In this document: positions 36,235-46,118 of the stretch, in pieces
Layout: each line of letters opens with the position of its first letter
Position numbering within the stretch: the stretch's first letter is position 1
Virus record (IMG/VR): IMGVR_UViG_3300049595_001870
Span: 1 to 64,000 of that record
Reading direction: 5' to 3' (one strand)
From: a virus
DNA: 64,000 bases
The notes under the pieces: model-generated
Database searches by the model: none
Seen by the model: the letters and a program-made list of their open reading frames with translations, nothing else
Told to the model about the DNA's origin: nothing
Position numbers and translations under genes: made by a program

Positions 36235-36831
36235 TTACGGGCAGGACGGCGGCGGGTCGGGGACGAACGTGCCAGCCGTGCCTTCATCGTTGCAGGCAGA
36301 GCCGGTGAAGGTGGCCGTGCCGGTGACGTTGCCGTAGTTTTGCGAACTGTCGTTGAACGTCGCGTTGCCGCTGACGGTGCCATCGCTGCTGTTGGACGAA
36401 CTATCGTTGAACGTCGCGTTTCCGGTGACGGTGCCGCCGTTAGTCGAAGTGTCGTTAAACGTCGCATTGCCGGTTATCTGAGCAAAGTTGACGCTATTGT
36501 CGGTGAAAGACGTTGAACCTAAAACCGTGTACTGGCCATAGAACTCGTCACTACTGCTGACAGTCAGTGAAGCCAACACAACTGGGGATGCCGAAGTATA
36601 AACGGCACCTAGCACAACTGCGGAATCCACGGACGCCGGCAGGCGGCCGGCAGGCTCCGTCCCTGCCGCGTCCAGCCACCAGTTGCCGACCGTCGCCCAG
36701 TCGTTGTCCACGGCACCGTCGAAGTACAGCGTGGCCGCCGCCGAATACACCTGCACGGCCCCCAGATACGCCGCAACCGGCGTGCTGCCCAGGTACAGGC
36801 TCGCGTCGGTGCTTCCCAGTTTCACGCTCAT
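36235..36831 (-). CDS. beta-helix repeat fibre/decoration protein
   Basis: Tandem (V/I)(T/S)GNATFND(S/T)SxN repeats. Confidence 0.7.
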   Translation of the reverse strand: MSVKLGSTDASLYLGSTPVAAYLGAVQVYSAAATLYFDGAVDNDWATVGNWWLDAAGTEPAGRLPASVDSAVVLGAVYTSASPVVLASLTVSSSDEFYGQYTVLGSTSFTDNSVNFAQITGNATFNDTSTNGGTVTGNATFNDSSSNSSDGTVSGNATFNDSSQNYGNVTGTATFTGSACNDEGTAGTFVPDPPPSCP

Positions 36832-36849
36832 GTCGCTAGAGCCTCTCTG

Positions 36850-37113
36850 TCAGGACGTAATGATGTAGAGCGTCTCGGCGTCCGGCGTCAGCGCGTCATA
36901 CGCCGCCTGCGAGAGCGCGACGATGCGTTTGAAGCCAACGGCGCTCGGGAAGCCCTTCACAGTGGCGGCCGACTTGCAGTACAGCGTCCCATCCTGGGAG
37001 TTCACCGCCAGCTCGCCTTCGGCCAACTCATTCGCCACGGGCACTTCGGCCGCAACGACCGACTCCCGCAGCCGCACAGGGCCATTGGTTCCAGGAGCAA
37101 ACTCAAACGCCAT
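36850..37113 (-). CDS. small tail-fibre-associated protein
   Basis: GELAVNSQDGTLY and SQAAYDAL...TLYII motifs seen in fibre proteins. Confidence 0.6.
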   Translation of the reverse strand: MAFEFAPGTNGPVRLRESVVAAEVPVANELAEGELAVNSQDGTLYCKSAATVKGFPSAVGFKRIVALSQAAYDALTPDAETLYIITS

Positions 37114-37116
37114 TTC

Positions 37117-37446
37117 TCACCCCTTTGCCATCACGGTCATTGCACACGTTGTCCCGCCAACAACGACGGGAACCACATAGTTCACTGCGAAACAGGCGTC
37201 TGGCACGGGGATGATCCCAACCGTGACGGCGGAGGTGACGGCCGCTCCGTCCGAATAGATGGCCCGCGGAGTCACGGAAGGGTCCACGGTGCCGTGCCAG
37301 TTGATCTGCGTGCAGGAGTTGGTTGCGGCGATCATCACGCACGCACCGCCAAAACGGCCGAAAGGAATCATGCCTGCCGTTGTGGCGGCCGAGGAGTTGG
37401 CCGTAATCACCGAGCCGGGAGAAAAGTGCCGTGCAATCTCGTTCAT
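37117..37446 (-). CDS. virion structural protein (beta-rich)
   Basis: Position and composition. Confidence 0.65.
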   Translation of the reverse strand: MNEIARHFSPGSVITANSSAATTAGMIPFGRFGGACVMIAATNSCTQINWHGTVDPSVTPRAIYSDGAAVTSAVTVGIIPVPDACFAVNYVVPVVVGGTTCAMTVMAKG

Positions 37447-37973
37447 AGTCTTCCCTTCACCTTGTATGCGTGCTTGTCAATGATCTTCTCTCGCAGCTCC
37501 CCGACCTTGGCGTTGGGGTTCTTGCGTTTCTCCTTGCGGAGTTCGTCGTTGATGATGCTCTCCGACAGCACCACGCGCTTCGGCGGGGCTTCGCCGGGGT
37601 CGTAGTTCACGCTTCCCGTAACGTGCAGGCGCCGCTTGCGGGCCACGCTGAGAACATCGTCGTTGCTGCTGACCCACGCTGCGGGGTCTTTCCAGCCGCG
37701 CTTGTCGGCTATCCCGGCGCAATAGTATTTCCCCGAGATGTTGATCCCTGCCTGCCGGGCCTCACGGGCGACGTACTGCGCCTGACGCTTCGGCATCTCG
37801 TCCAACTGCTCGTTGTTCTGCCGTCCCTGGAGAAACGCCCGGTCGCTGCCCTTGGTTCCAGGCGGCTGCTGAAGGGCGACCATAGCGGCCCACTTCTCCC
37901 CGTAGGGCAGGGCTTTCTCATAGCGGCTCTTGGCCCATTCGCCAGCGGCTTCGACTTCAGGAGGGTATGTCAT
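37443..37973 (-). CDS. hypothetical protein downstream of portal
   Basis: ORF with upstream promoter-like motif. Confidence 0.7.
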   Translation of the reverse strand: MTYPPEVEAAGEWAKSRYEKALPYGEKWAAMVALQQPPGTKGSDRAFLQGRQNNEQLDEMPKRQAQYVAREARQAGINISGKYYCAGIADKRGWKDPAAWVSSNDDVLSVARKRRLHVTGSVNYDPGEAPPKRVVLSESIINDELRKEKRKNPNAKVGELREKIIDKHAYKVKGRL

Positions 37974-37979
37974 ATACGA

Positions 37980-39971
37980 CTATTGGCCTTGGGGAGGGGC
38001 TTCGGGTGGGGCTTCAGGTGGCGGGCCGGGAGGAGGCGGCGGGGGAGGCGGGACCATGTACCGGCTGATGTCCACGTTCATCACCTCACCCCAGTCCTCC
38101 AACATGGCGTTGAAGATTTGCGGCTGACCGGCCTGCATCAGGCCCTGCGCCACGGGCATCATTATCTGCATGGCGTTGTTCATGTTCTCCACCTTGGTGG
38201 CGATATTCGGTTTGCGCGCCGAACCCGCCTCCACGCGGTAGGAGTATTCACGGACCACCGACTCAGGGTCTTCGCCCTGCACATGCAACTGCCACGCTTG
38301 GGCAGCCATCGGTCCCAGAATGGGAGCAACGTCCTGCGGGTAGACCATCCAGCGGGCGAGGAGCGCTTCCTTGCGAGCGACCTCGGACAGCGCGTCCTCC
38401 AGAATCGAAGCGTAATCGTCAGGCCGGACGCTGATCTGCTCCGACTTCACGGCGGCTTCAGCGGCACTTCTGAAACTCGCCCTGGTCATGCCGTAAATTA
38501 ACTCGGTCAAACCGACGCGGCGGTCGAACAGGTTCGTCACCTCGGCAATGATCTGGTACATGTCCTGGGTGACCCCAGGCATCTGGAAGACCGAGATCAC
38601 ATCGTTCACCGACCGCCCGACAGCCTCGGAGATTTCAACGATGTTGAACCCGCCCTCGTTCTTCTCCAGGATCTTGGCCTTGAGATCCGGGTCGGCATGC
38701 TTGGCCACACCGATGAGCGTCTGGCTGGAGGTGGCAATGCGGGTGGCGAGGAACGACATCGCCCAGTTGATGAATCGCAATTCCCCGATGCCAGGGCGGA
38801 TCAGCGAGATCGGCCAGGAGTAGCCCGGCTTGCCGTGCCACACCAGCGGCGTGAACGGCCAGCCGCTCGGCTCGGCCCAGAATGGGATCGGCCACTGGGC
38901 AGCCATGAACAGGGTAGGGGGGATGCCGGACTCATCGACCTCCTCCTGCATCATCGCCGGAGGAATGTTGAGCGGGAAATCCACACCCTCGGCAACGACG
39001 ATGTAGCAGTTGGGCCCGAGGGCGTCGAACTTGCCCCGCAGGTCTTGGCCGGCGTCCTTGAGCCTGTCGCCAAAGCCGGTCTTGGAATAAATCTCCCAGT
39101 AGACGATCAGGTCGTTCGTCTTCCCGGTCTTCTTCTCATGCTGATAGCCGCGGTCGGAGACATCGGCTTGCCGGGAGTAGGATTCGATACCGCCCTTCAG
39201 CTCTTCCCGAGACACCCCGAACTTGGCGGCCACTTCGTCGATGGGCTGGCATCGGCGGCGCGCGGCCCAGCGGATGTCCTCAAACTCGTCGGCGTCCGGA
39301 TCCCAGACAAGATTGTCGATGGTGTCGTAGAACGACCCGGCCATCTTCACCGTGCCGCCGGGAGGTGTGTACAGCTCATGCCACCACACACCCGCGCCCT
39401 TGATAAACGCCTCCTCCACCACCTTGCGTGAGTGCTGCTTGAGGTTGAGTTCGTTGGGCGTGTAGTTGAGGTAGTCCTCCAAGAGCTTGGCAACCACCTT
39501 GCGGCGCTCCAGCATCATCTGCTGCTGCTGGAGCATCTGCTGGTACTGCATCATCCCCGGATCGGGCATCATCACCGGCTGGCCGTCTGGGCCCATGACA
39601 GGCAGGCCATCCGGCCCCATCTGCGGGACTGGCGGCTGGGGGAAGATTCCCAGAAGCTGCGGGCCCAGGATGGGGTAGTCCTTGGGCGACACCGTCCGCG
39701 TCGGGTTGCGGTGGTGGATGACTGCCGTGAAGAGACGAACAGCCTCCCACACACGGTTGACCATCATGCGGAACGGGGGCGGGTCCATGCCCTTGATGTA
39801 TCCCCGCTCACCGCGAGCGTAGGAATCCTTCCACATAAAGTCGGGGTCACCGGCAAAGAACCCCATGGCTTCCGCGGCGTCCTCGGAGAAAGGCTTCTTG
39901 TACTTCTCGGCCTGCTTGATGCACTCAAGCCAGCGCTTGCAAATGGGGCGCAGCGGGTTCTCGTCAGCCAT
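37980..39971 (-). CDS. portal protein
   Basis: 663 aa after terminase; MVNRVWEAV, GLTELIYG..., YRVEAGS; poly-Pro tail. Confidence 0.8.
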   Translation of the reverse strand: MADENPLRPICKRWLECIKQAEKYKKPFSEDAAEAMGFFAGDPDFMWKDSYARGERGYIKGMDPPPFRMMVNRVWEAVRLFTAVIHHRNPTRTVSPKDYPILGPQLLGIFPQPPVPQMGPDGLPVMGPDGQPVMMPDPGMMQYQQMLQQQQMMLERRKVVAKLLEDYLNYTPNELNLKQHSRKVVEEAFIKGAGVWWHELYTPPGGTVKMAGSFYDTIDNLVWDPDADEFEDIRWAARRRCQPIDEVAAKFGVSREELKGGIESYSRQADVSDRGYQHEKKTGKTNDLIVYWEIYSKTGFGDRLKDAGQDLRGKFDALGPNCYIVVAEGVDFPLNIPPAMMQEEVDESGIPPTLFMAAQWPIPFWAEPSGWPFTPLVWHGKPGYSWPISLIRPGIGELRFINWAMSFLATRIATSSQTLIGVAKHADPDLKAKILEKNEGGFNIVEISEAVGRSVNDVISVFQMPGVTQDMYQIIAEVTNLFDRRVGLTELIYGMTRASFRSAAEAAVKSEQISVRPDDYASILEDALSEVARKEALLARWMVYPQDVAPILGPMAAQAWQLHVQGEDPESVVREYSYRVEAGSARKPNIATKVENMNNAMQIMMPVAQGLMQAGQPQIFNAMLEDWGEVMNVDISRYMVPPPPPPPPGPPPEAPPEAPPQGQ

Positions 39972-39998
39972 GGAGTTCTCCTACCGACTAGTGTCCGG

Positions 39999-40319
39999 TC
40001 AAGCCTTTTTCGGGGCTGTAGCGGACACTTTCTTGTCCAACAGGCTGAGTTTCTCGCTCAGAATGGAGATCGTCGGATCCTTGGGCTTGTGTTCCCAGTA
40101 GCCATACCGCTTCCAATCGGGGAAGTCGTTGACCCCCGGGTCGGTCAGGTGGTGGACCGAGGGCTTCACCACGCCGCCCAGTTCGCCCGCAATCGCCCAG
40201 AGGGTGAGCGTGCGAGAGGCGACCACGGACACAATCGCCGGGACCGGGGTGGCCCCTTCATGGGCGTAGAACAGCACAATGTCGCCCAGGTCAGCCTTGG
40301 GCATGTCGTAGGAACTCAC
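39999..40319 (-). CDS. hypothetical protein
   Basis: GTGA overlap with terminase. Confidence 0.65.
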   Translation of the reverse strand: MSSYDMPKADLGDIVLFYAHEGATPVPAIVSVVASRTLTLWAIAGELGGVVKPSVHHLTDPGVNDFPDWKRYGYWEHKPKDPTISILSEKLSLLDKKVSATAPKKA

Positions 40320-41995
40320 GGCAATCTCCTGCTGGGCCCGAGGTTGATGTGGGGGTCGGTGGACTCCCGCTGACGGCGCTTGCGCTCCGACAGCCACTTC
40401 ACCCACCAAGGATCGGGACCGTAAGTCCGCGGTGGGGCGTGGTACTTGGGTTCGTAGGCACAGAGGTACTCAAGCGACTGACAAGCGTGGACCTCGCCTC
40501 GGGTCTGCGGCTGGTCGGTGACGAACACCTGCCCGTTGACCGTCGTTGTCTTCTTGCGATACCGCTTCAGCTCCCGCAGCAGGTTGGGGCAGGAGCCCTC
40601 CAGAATCTTGAGCCGGGTTGTCCCGTCGCCTTGGATGTGCAGGAGCTGCCGGACGATGGCCGTTCTGGCGGGGATGTCATCGGAGCCAGGAATGAATCCG
40701 TGCCCGCCGATGGTGAAGCGGATCTTCCGCTTCTTCAGTTCTTCCGAATACAGCTCATGCGGCAGTCGGCCCGAGCCCAGGTCGCGGAGGAGGCCGCCGT
40801 GCATATCCATGATCGCTGCGTGGATGTGCTGCTCGCGGACCTTCTCATAGAACTGCTCGCCCCAGATCAGCGCGTTGCAGTTCCGGATGTACAGTTCGTC
40901 GTAGATCAGCATGAACCGCTCATGCGGTGGCACGGCGGCGAAGATGGTGGCCATGACTGCGTGGCCCGGGTCAATCGCCACGTACCGTGTCCAGTCCGGC
41001 GGGATGATCCCGTCCTTTAGCTCCGCCCGCGGCAGGATATGCACGCTGCGATTGAACGTCGGGTACATGAGCGTGGATTCGGTGGTGAACTCACCCTCGG
41101 CACGCATTCGGACCTCGTCGGCCCCCAGCGCACTCCACCGCTCTATGTTCTTTCGCTTTTCTTCCGAATCGATAAAAGCGTTATCCAAAAACCGGAACGT
41201 GAACTTCTTGATGATTGGAAGTTCTTGCCCCTCCTCCACTGCGCGGTCGGCCCGCTCGCATAGACCCAAGAGCGCATCATTCCGGCTCCACGGCATGGCC
41301 GACCACACAAAACGGCCCTTGCGATCTGCGAGCCGCGCTTGAGACTCACCGACGAAAGCCTCATTCGTTACGTCCTCGTCAATCCAAATAAGGTCGGCCT
41401 GATAGCCTTGCGGAGGCTCTCCCTCCGACGAGAAGCACCAGATCGTCCAGCCGTTGGTGAGTTCCAGCTTGTTGAGATACCCAGCGTTCTTCAGCACCCA
41501 AGACACATCCTTCACCAGCCGCGGCGGGATCAGCGGAGGCGCGGGCTTGCTCTTGCTCTTGTCATCGCCCTGGCGGATCGATCTCCATTGGCCAGTCTTC
41601 TCGTCCTTGATGATCCGAAACGCCCCGGCTTTTAGGAGGATGGGATAAATTACCAATCCAATGTGGGGCCAGTTCCGGCCGATGATGGCGAGGTTGCCGC
41701 CTTCCTTTGGGTACTTGCCGTAGGGATCCTGGCCCGTAGCCGCGCGGGCGGCTTCCACTGCAACCGCCAGCGTCTTGCCGCCGCGGTTACCCCCCAGAAC
41801 GATGCGCTCCGACGCCGTGCAGCGATGGAACTCGTCCTGGTGAGGCATGGGCTCATACAGCCGCAGGGCCTCCAGCCGCCGCTCCGTGAGAGCGACCTGA
41901 ACGTCCTTGAGCTGGCCGAGCTGGTGCTGGGTCATATCCCCCAGCGGCTCGTCAGGAGTTTGGGGCGGCTGAATTTGGCGGGGGTGTTTCTTCAT
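40316..41995 (-). CDS. terL: terminase large subunit
   Basis: GGNRGGKT Walker A, IWIDED Walker B, AIDPG RNase-H nuclease. Confidence 0.92.
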   Translation of the reverse strand: MKKHPRQIQPPQTPDEPLGDMTQHQLGQLKDVQVALTERRLEALRLYEPMPHQDEFHRCTASERIVLGGNRGGKTLAVAVEAARAATGQDPYGKYPKEGGNLAIIGRNWPHIGLVIYPILLKAGAFRIIKDEKTGQWRSIRQGDDKSKSKPAPPLIPPRLVKDVSWVLKNAGYLNKLELTNGWTIWCFSSEGEPPQGYQADLIWIDEDVTNEAFVGESQARLADRKGRFVWSAMPWSRNDALLGLCERADRAVEEGQELPIIKKFTFRFLDNAFIDSEEKRKNIERWSALGADEVRMRAEGEFTTESTLMYPTFNRSVHILPRAELKDGIIPPDWTRYVAIDPGHAVMATIFAAVPPHERFMLIYDELYIRNCNALIWGEQFYEKVREQHIHAAIMDMHGGLLRDLGSGRLPHELYSEELKKRKIRFTIGGHGFIPGSDDIPARTAIVRQLLHIQGDGTTRLKILEGSCPNLLRELKRYRKKTTTVNGQVFVTDQPQTRGEVHACQSLEYLCAYEPKYHAPPRTYGPDPWWVKWLSERKRRQRESTDPHINLGPSRRLP

Positions 41996-42137
41996 ATTCG
42001 CCACAGAAATCAGTGGGCATCGTCTCGGGGGAGCGATCCCAACCCCTCTGCCCGAGGAGCGTCGGCGGATACCGGTGACACTCCCCCTGCATCTCTTCCT
42101 CCACTGGAATCCACCAGCGGCAATCCTCGCACTTCAT
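41952..42137 (-). CDS. small Cys-rich (Zn/Fe-binding) protein
   Basis: CEDCRWW...GECHRYPP...FCGEY; overlaps both neighbours. Confidence 0.6.
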   Translation of the reverse strand: MKCEDCRWWIPVEEEMQGECHRYPPTLLGQRGWDRSPETMPTDFCGEYEETPPPNSAAPNS

Positions 42138-42636
42138 CTACGACCTCAATGTGTTTCATCTGCATGGCCGCTTCGATCACCTGCCGCCGCAGCTCGGCTT
42201 CCAACTCTTCCTCAGTCATCAGCTCCAAGGGCTTCTTGGCTCCGCCCATGGCCGTGTTGTCCTTCACTAGCCGGACCACGGTGTCCAGCATCTTGGTCCT
42301 GAACGCACCGCCGACCGGCGCATCGTAGAACTGCTTCATAAAGAGATTGGCGAACCCGCGGGTGCCGCCGAAATACTCCATCAGAACTTCTAGGAGTTCC
42401 GAGGAGTGCGGGATGGTCGCTCCACCCACGCGGGCCGCGGCAACGAAGTGCTTGACGGCGCCCTTCTCAATCTCGTCTAGCTTCTTGTTCCGCTTCCCCT
42501 TGCGGTCACCCCGGATCTTCTTGTTCCGGCACTTGCGACAGCGGGCGTGGAATCCATCCTTGGACTTGTGGAAGTGAGCCGTGGTGGCGGGCCACGCTAG
42601 CCCGCACTCTATGCAGACTTTCTCAGGCTCCGACAC
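42010..42636 (-). CDS. putative terminase small subunit with Zn ribbon
   Basis: CIEC...CRKC; helical C-terminus; directly upstream of terL. Confidence 0.5.
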   Translation of the reverse strand: MSEPEKVCIECGLAWPATTAHFHKSKDGFHARCRKCRNKKIRGDRKGKRNKKLDEIEKGAVKHFVAAARVGGATIPHSSELLEVLMEYFGGTRGFANLFMKQFYDAPVGGAFRTKMLDTVVRLVKDNTAMGGAKKPLELMTEEELEAELRRQVIEAAMQMKHIEVVDEVRGLPLVDSSGGRDAGGVSPVSADAPRAEGLGSLPRDDAH

Positions 42637-44023
42637 TCGTCATCCACACGTTGCCTTCGACATGCGGGGTAATCCCGCAGTCCTTCACAGCCCGCTGAAC
42701 GTCGGGGAAGGAATGGTAATCATGGCCCGCCAAGATGTGCTTGGCCTTGGGCTTCCACGCTTCGATGTCAGCCTTCACGGATTCGTAGTCATGCTCGGCA
42801 TCGATGTAGACGATGTCGAACTCACCGTCCTTGAACCGCTCGGCGGCTTCCGGCGAACGGGCACAGCATGCCTGGATCGGAAGCCCCTGCGTGTTGCGGA
42901 GGAACACTTGGATGGGCGTGCCGCGGGAACCGTCGTATGCCTTGCACCCTTCGTCGTTCCCAGAGCCTTCCCACGTATCGATGCAGAGGACTTCCTTGGC
43001 CCCGGCCTTGGCCATGATTACGGCCGACTTGCCAGCCCAGGAGCCCACCTCGCACACCACCGGGGGGCGGCCGTGCGACTGCGTGAACTGCGTCACCATC
43101 GCCACCAGTGCGTTTGCGTCCCGGCCCGGAAGGTCCATGCCCATGCTGTCAAACGCGGGCTGGGCGGGAAGTTTCACGGAGGACTTGAACTCCACCAGCT
43201 TGGTGCCGGGTTCGACCTTGGCCTCCCAGCAGTCCTTCAGCTTGTGCGAGATGCCTTCGGCGGCGATCACCTGCGGCTTGCCGACGCACTTCGGCTTCCA
43301 GTGACCAGCCCACGCATCCCAGTTGCAGAAGACCGGGTTGTAGCCCAGCGTCTGGGAGCCGACCAAGGACAGGTCACGGGTCATGGTCACATCTTCGGTG
43401 GACGCCTTCTCGGCAGCGAAGCGGTCCTTCCACTCATAGTAGAACCAGGGCTTGTCGCCTTCCTTCTTCGGCTCCGTGAGATCGAAGGCCCGCATGTCGT
43501 ACATGATCAGGCCAGTCGGCAGGGCGGCACATTCCTGGATGCCCGCCATCTTTACGGCCGTGTGGCGGTCGTACATCTCCAACTGGAAGTCGGGGTTGGG
43601 GTTCTCAGAGGCCATGTTCTGCCAACGGAACACGTAGACGCACTCCACGGGCGGCGGCCCGCAGTACGGGGCACCGATCACCACCGGGCCCTTGTGGTAG
43701 TGGTTGACCAGGAAGTCGAAGGAGGTCTGGAAGAACGGCTTGGCGTCCGCATGGCCTGCGTATAGGTCAGGCTTCATGTCCGAATCGACCATCACCAGAA
43801 CATCAATATCGTTCTGGCGGGCCTGCATCACGGCCCGGTTGCGGGTCATGGTGATTGGCGTGTCCGCCAGGTTCCAGACACGCACCGCGTTAACGCGGGG
43901 ATCCTTGGAGATGTCCGCTACCAGCGGCACCATCCACTCACGGATGTCGGGCACCTCAGAGGAGATGCCGCCGTTGCCGCCGTACGAAAACGTAACGATG
44001 CCGATGTTGAACTTCTGCTGCAT
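42623..44023 (-). CDS. glycosyltransferase (GT-A-like) fused to SAM-dependent methyltransferase
   Basis: MVDSDM DxD motif; EVGSWAGKS, IDTWEG, YIDAEHDY, GHDY (Methyltransf_24-like). Confidence 0.75.
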   Translation of the reverse strand: MQQKFNIGIVTFSYGGNGGISSEVPDIREWMVPLVADISKDPRVNAVRVWNLADTPITMTRNRAVMQARQNDIDVLVMVDSDMKPDLYAGHADAKPFFQTSFDFLVNHYHKGPVVIGAPYCGPPPVECVYVFRWQNMASENPNPDFQLEMYDRHTAVKMAGIQECAALPTGLIMYDMRAFDLTEPKKEGDKPWFYYEWKDRFAAEKASTEDVTMTRDLSLVGSQTLGYNPVFCNWDAWAGHWKPKCVGKPQVIAAEGISHKLKDCWEAKVEPGTKLVEFKSSVKLPAQPAFDSMGMDLPGRDANALVAMVTQFTQSHGRPPVVCEVGSWAGKSAVIMAKAGAKEVLCIDTWEGSGNDEGCKAYDGSRGTPIQVFLRNTQGLPIQACCARSPEAAERFKDGEFDIVYIDAEHDYESVKADIEAWKPKAKHILAGHDYHSFPDVQRAVKDCGITPHVEGNVWMTSVGA

Positions 44024-44075
44024 GTGTCACCTCGGGGGGTAGGTAGACAAATATACACATAAGGCGGCCAAGCCG

Positions 44076-45875
44076 CTACCGCATCCAGATTTCATACGCA
44101 CGGCGATTCGCATCGCTGCCGTAGATGGCGTTGCGCTTGGCGACGGGCTGTTTCATGTACTCACGCCTCTGGGCGTTTTGCTTGGCCTGCCACTCCCGCC
44201 GCGCACCTTCGTAGTCATACGAGCCGTCTTCACGGCGGAAGTCGTCCATGCTCTTGGCTTGAGGCGGCTTGGCGGCGTTGGCGGCCCGCATCTCCGCCGA
44301 ACGCTTCATCTGATCCTGCCGGACCACATCGCTGTATGCCTGCTTGGCGGCGTTATCCCGCGGGTTCTCTTGCATGCGGGCTCCGGCAGCCATTACGTTT
44401 CGGTTGTCTTGGTGCTGCCTTAACGCCCAGTCAGCGCGCTCCCAAATGTCGGGCCGCTTCGGATGCGCGGCCCTTACCTCCCGCGACTTCGCAAGCAGCT
44501 CGTCCTTGCGGGTTTCCCACCAAGAATCGAAGTTGTCGGCGTTGCCCCACGGAGCAGCACCTGACCGCGGGGGAGTTCCTTGCGATTGCGGCGGGATCGG
44601 CTGGGCAGTGCCGGGCGAGACGGGGCCCGGATAATCTTCAGCCCCGCGGAGAACCGGAGCGGGCTCAGATGTCCGCTGCCGGCCGGAAGGCCTGCCTGGC
44701 CCCGTCTGGTCACGGTCATCCACCCTGTCGCCGTCACGGTCCCGGAAATCCCCAGTAAAAATGCGGTCAGGGTTCGCCAGTCTGTCGCCGTAACCTGTGG
44801 AGCCGCCCTGCTGCGGTGCGGTAGGCGTGTGCCCCCACCCGCCGCCCGGCTGGGCGTAGGTCACGGATGGCTGAATGCCGGCACGGCGAGCGCTACCTGG
44901 CTGGCCTGCCATCGGCGGCTGCGAGTCCAGAATGGCCCCAGGAGGCAGGCCGTTCATTAGGCCTTGCTGGCCAATGGCCTCCGGCCGGATGTCGCCGGCC
45001 ATCAGGTTGCGGATCTGGTTCTCAGATCCTCCGCCCGACGCAGCAAACGGATTCCTGAAGCCCTGCTGCGCCATTTGCCCAGCCTGTCCCCACATCTGCG
45101 GGAAGTTGAACTGCGGCGCCCCCATGCCAGGCTGCTGCCAGCTCTGGCCCTGCATCTGACCTAACTGGTTGTTGATCTGGCTGATGAAGGCGTCCCGCTG
45201 CTGGAAGTTGGGCATCTGGGACTGGGTGCCGTCGAAGTTCTGCGTGGTCGCCTGGAACGGTGGCGGGCGGTTGGCGTAGGGATTGTTGGCGACGTTGGGG
45301 TCAATCTGCCCCGGCGCAAACCTTGGCCTGCCGTCTCCTGCGTAGTGAACCAAGCCAGCGTTGGGGTCAATCAGTCCCGGCGTCAATAGCACACCTCCGC
45401 CGCCGCCACCTGCTGGAAGCCCGGGCTGGGACGGGCCAGGAGATGCAGCGGCTGGCTGGCGATAGCGCGGGTCGCGGAAGTCCACGCCAGCGTCGGATGG
45501 CGTAGGCACCTCGTACTGCTTCGGCGGCGCTGGCTGCTGCGGACGCTGAACGCCGTACGGAGAGCCCTGTGTCATGTACTGCTGGAAGGGCTGCTGCCGG
45601 GTCTGCTGCTGATTGGTGCCGCCCTGGTTCCACTGCGGCCCCATGGCCTGAGGCTTGCCGCCGTACGGAGTGGAGGAGCCGTAGGGATTCTGCTGGGGCT
45701 GCGCCTGACCAGGAGCGTAGGCGGAGAAGTTGCCGCCCTGCTGTTGAGCCCGCTGGCCGCGCATTCTGGGATCCCCTGCGATAGGCGTGCCATCGGCGGC
45801 AAAGCCAGCGCCGTCATAGCGATTGGTTATCCCTCCTGGAGAGCCAGTGCCAGGCTTGGGTGGGGTGGGAATCAT
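44076..45875 (-). CDS. Gln/Pro/Gly-rich low-complexity protein, 599 aa
   Basis: Composition of translated ORF. Confidence 0.65.
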   Translation of the reverse strand: MIPTPPKPGTGSPGGITNRYDGAGFAADGTPIAGDPRMRGQRAQQQGGNFSAYAPGQAQPQQNPYGSSTPYGGKPQAMGPQWNQGGTNQQQTRQQPFQQYMTQGSPYGVQRPQQPAPPKQYEVPTPSDAGVDFRDPRYRQPAAASPGPSQPGLPAGGGGGGVLLTPGLIDPNAGLVHYAGDGRPRFAPGQIDPNVANNPYANRPPPFQATTQNFDGTQSQMPNFQQRDAFISQINNQLGQMQGQSWQQPGMGAPQFNFPQMWGQAGQMAQQGFRNPFAASGGGSENQIRNLMAGDIRPEAIGQQGLMNGLPPGAILDSQPPMAGQPGSARRAGIQPSVTYAQPGGGWGHTPTAPQQGGSTGYGDRLANPDRIFTGDFRDRDGDRVDDRDQTGPGRPSGRQRTSEPAPVLRGAEDYPGPVSPGTAQPIPPQSQGTPPRSGAAPWGNADNFDSWWETRKDELLAKSREVRAAHPKRPDIWERADWALRQHQDNRNVMAAGARMQENPRDNAAKQAYSDVVRQDQMKRSAEMRAANAAKPPQAKSMDDFRREDGSYDYEGARREWQAKQNAQRREYMKQPVAKRNAIYGSDANRRAYEIWMR

Positions 45876-46052
45876 CTAGCGGTCCTCCTGCGGCTCAGTG
45901 GTCATCGGCGCGCCCTGATACTGCACCATCCGGAGTCGCTGCATGTCCTCATACGGCACATCAGCCCGCGCCTCTGCGATCAGTTGACGCAGGAAGTCCA
46001 GGTTCTGGATGGCCGCTTGGTCATTCATCAGCGCGTAGATCAGGTCGTTCAT
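45876..46052 (-). CDS. 58-aa hypothetical protein
   Basis: Hand-translated MNDLIYALMNDQAAIQNLDFLRQLIAEAR...; fills gap. Confidence 0.65.
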   Translation of the reverse strand: MNDLIYALMNDQAAIQNLDFLRQLIAEARADVPYEDMQRLRMVQYQGAPMTTEPQEDR

Positions 46053-46056
46053 ATGT

Positions 46057-46092
46057 GGAAACAGCCGGGGGAGGTTTCCCTCCGTCCGGCTG
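46057..46092 (-). terminator. hairpin/terminator after capsid genes
   Basis: CAGCCGGACGGAGG-GAAA-CCTCCCCCGGCTG then TTT on - strand. Confidence 0.5.
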
Positions 46093-46118
46093 CCCCCCGA
46101 ACCCCCGAAGGGGAAGAC

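Noticed and set aside
36290-36500. DGR-like or non-coding tandem repeat
   Set aside because: Repeats are in-frame GNATFND coding repeats; no reverse transcriptase or adenine-specific variation pattern.
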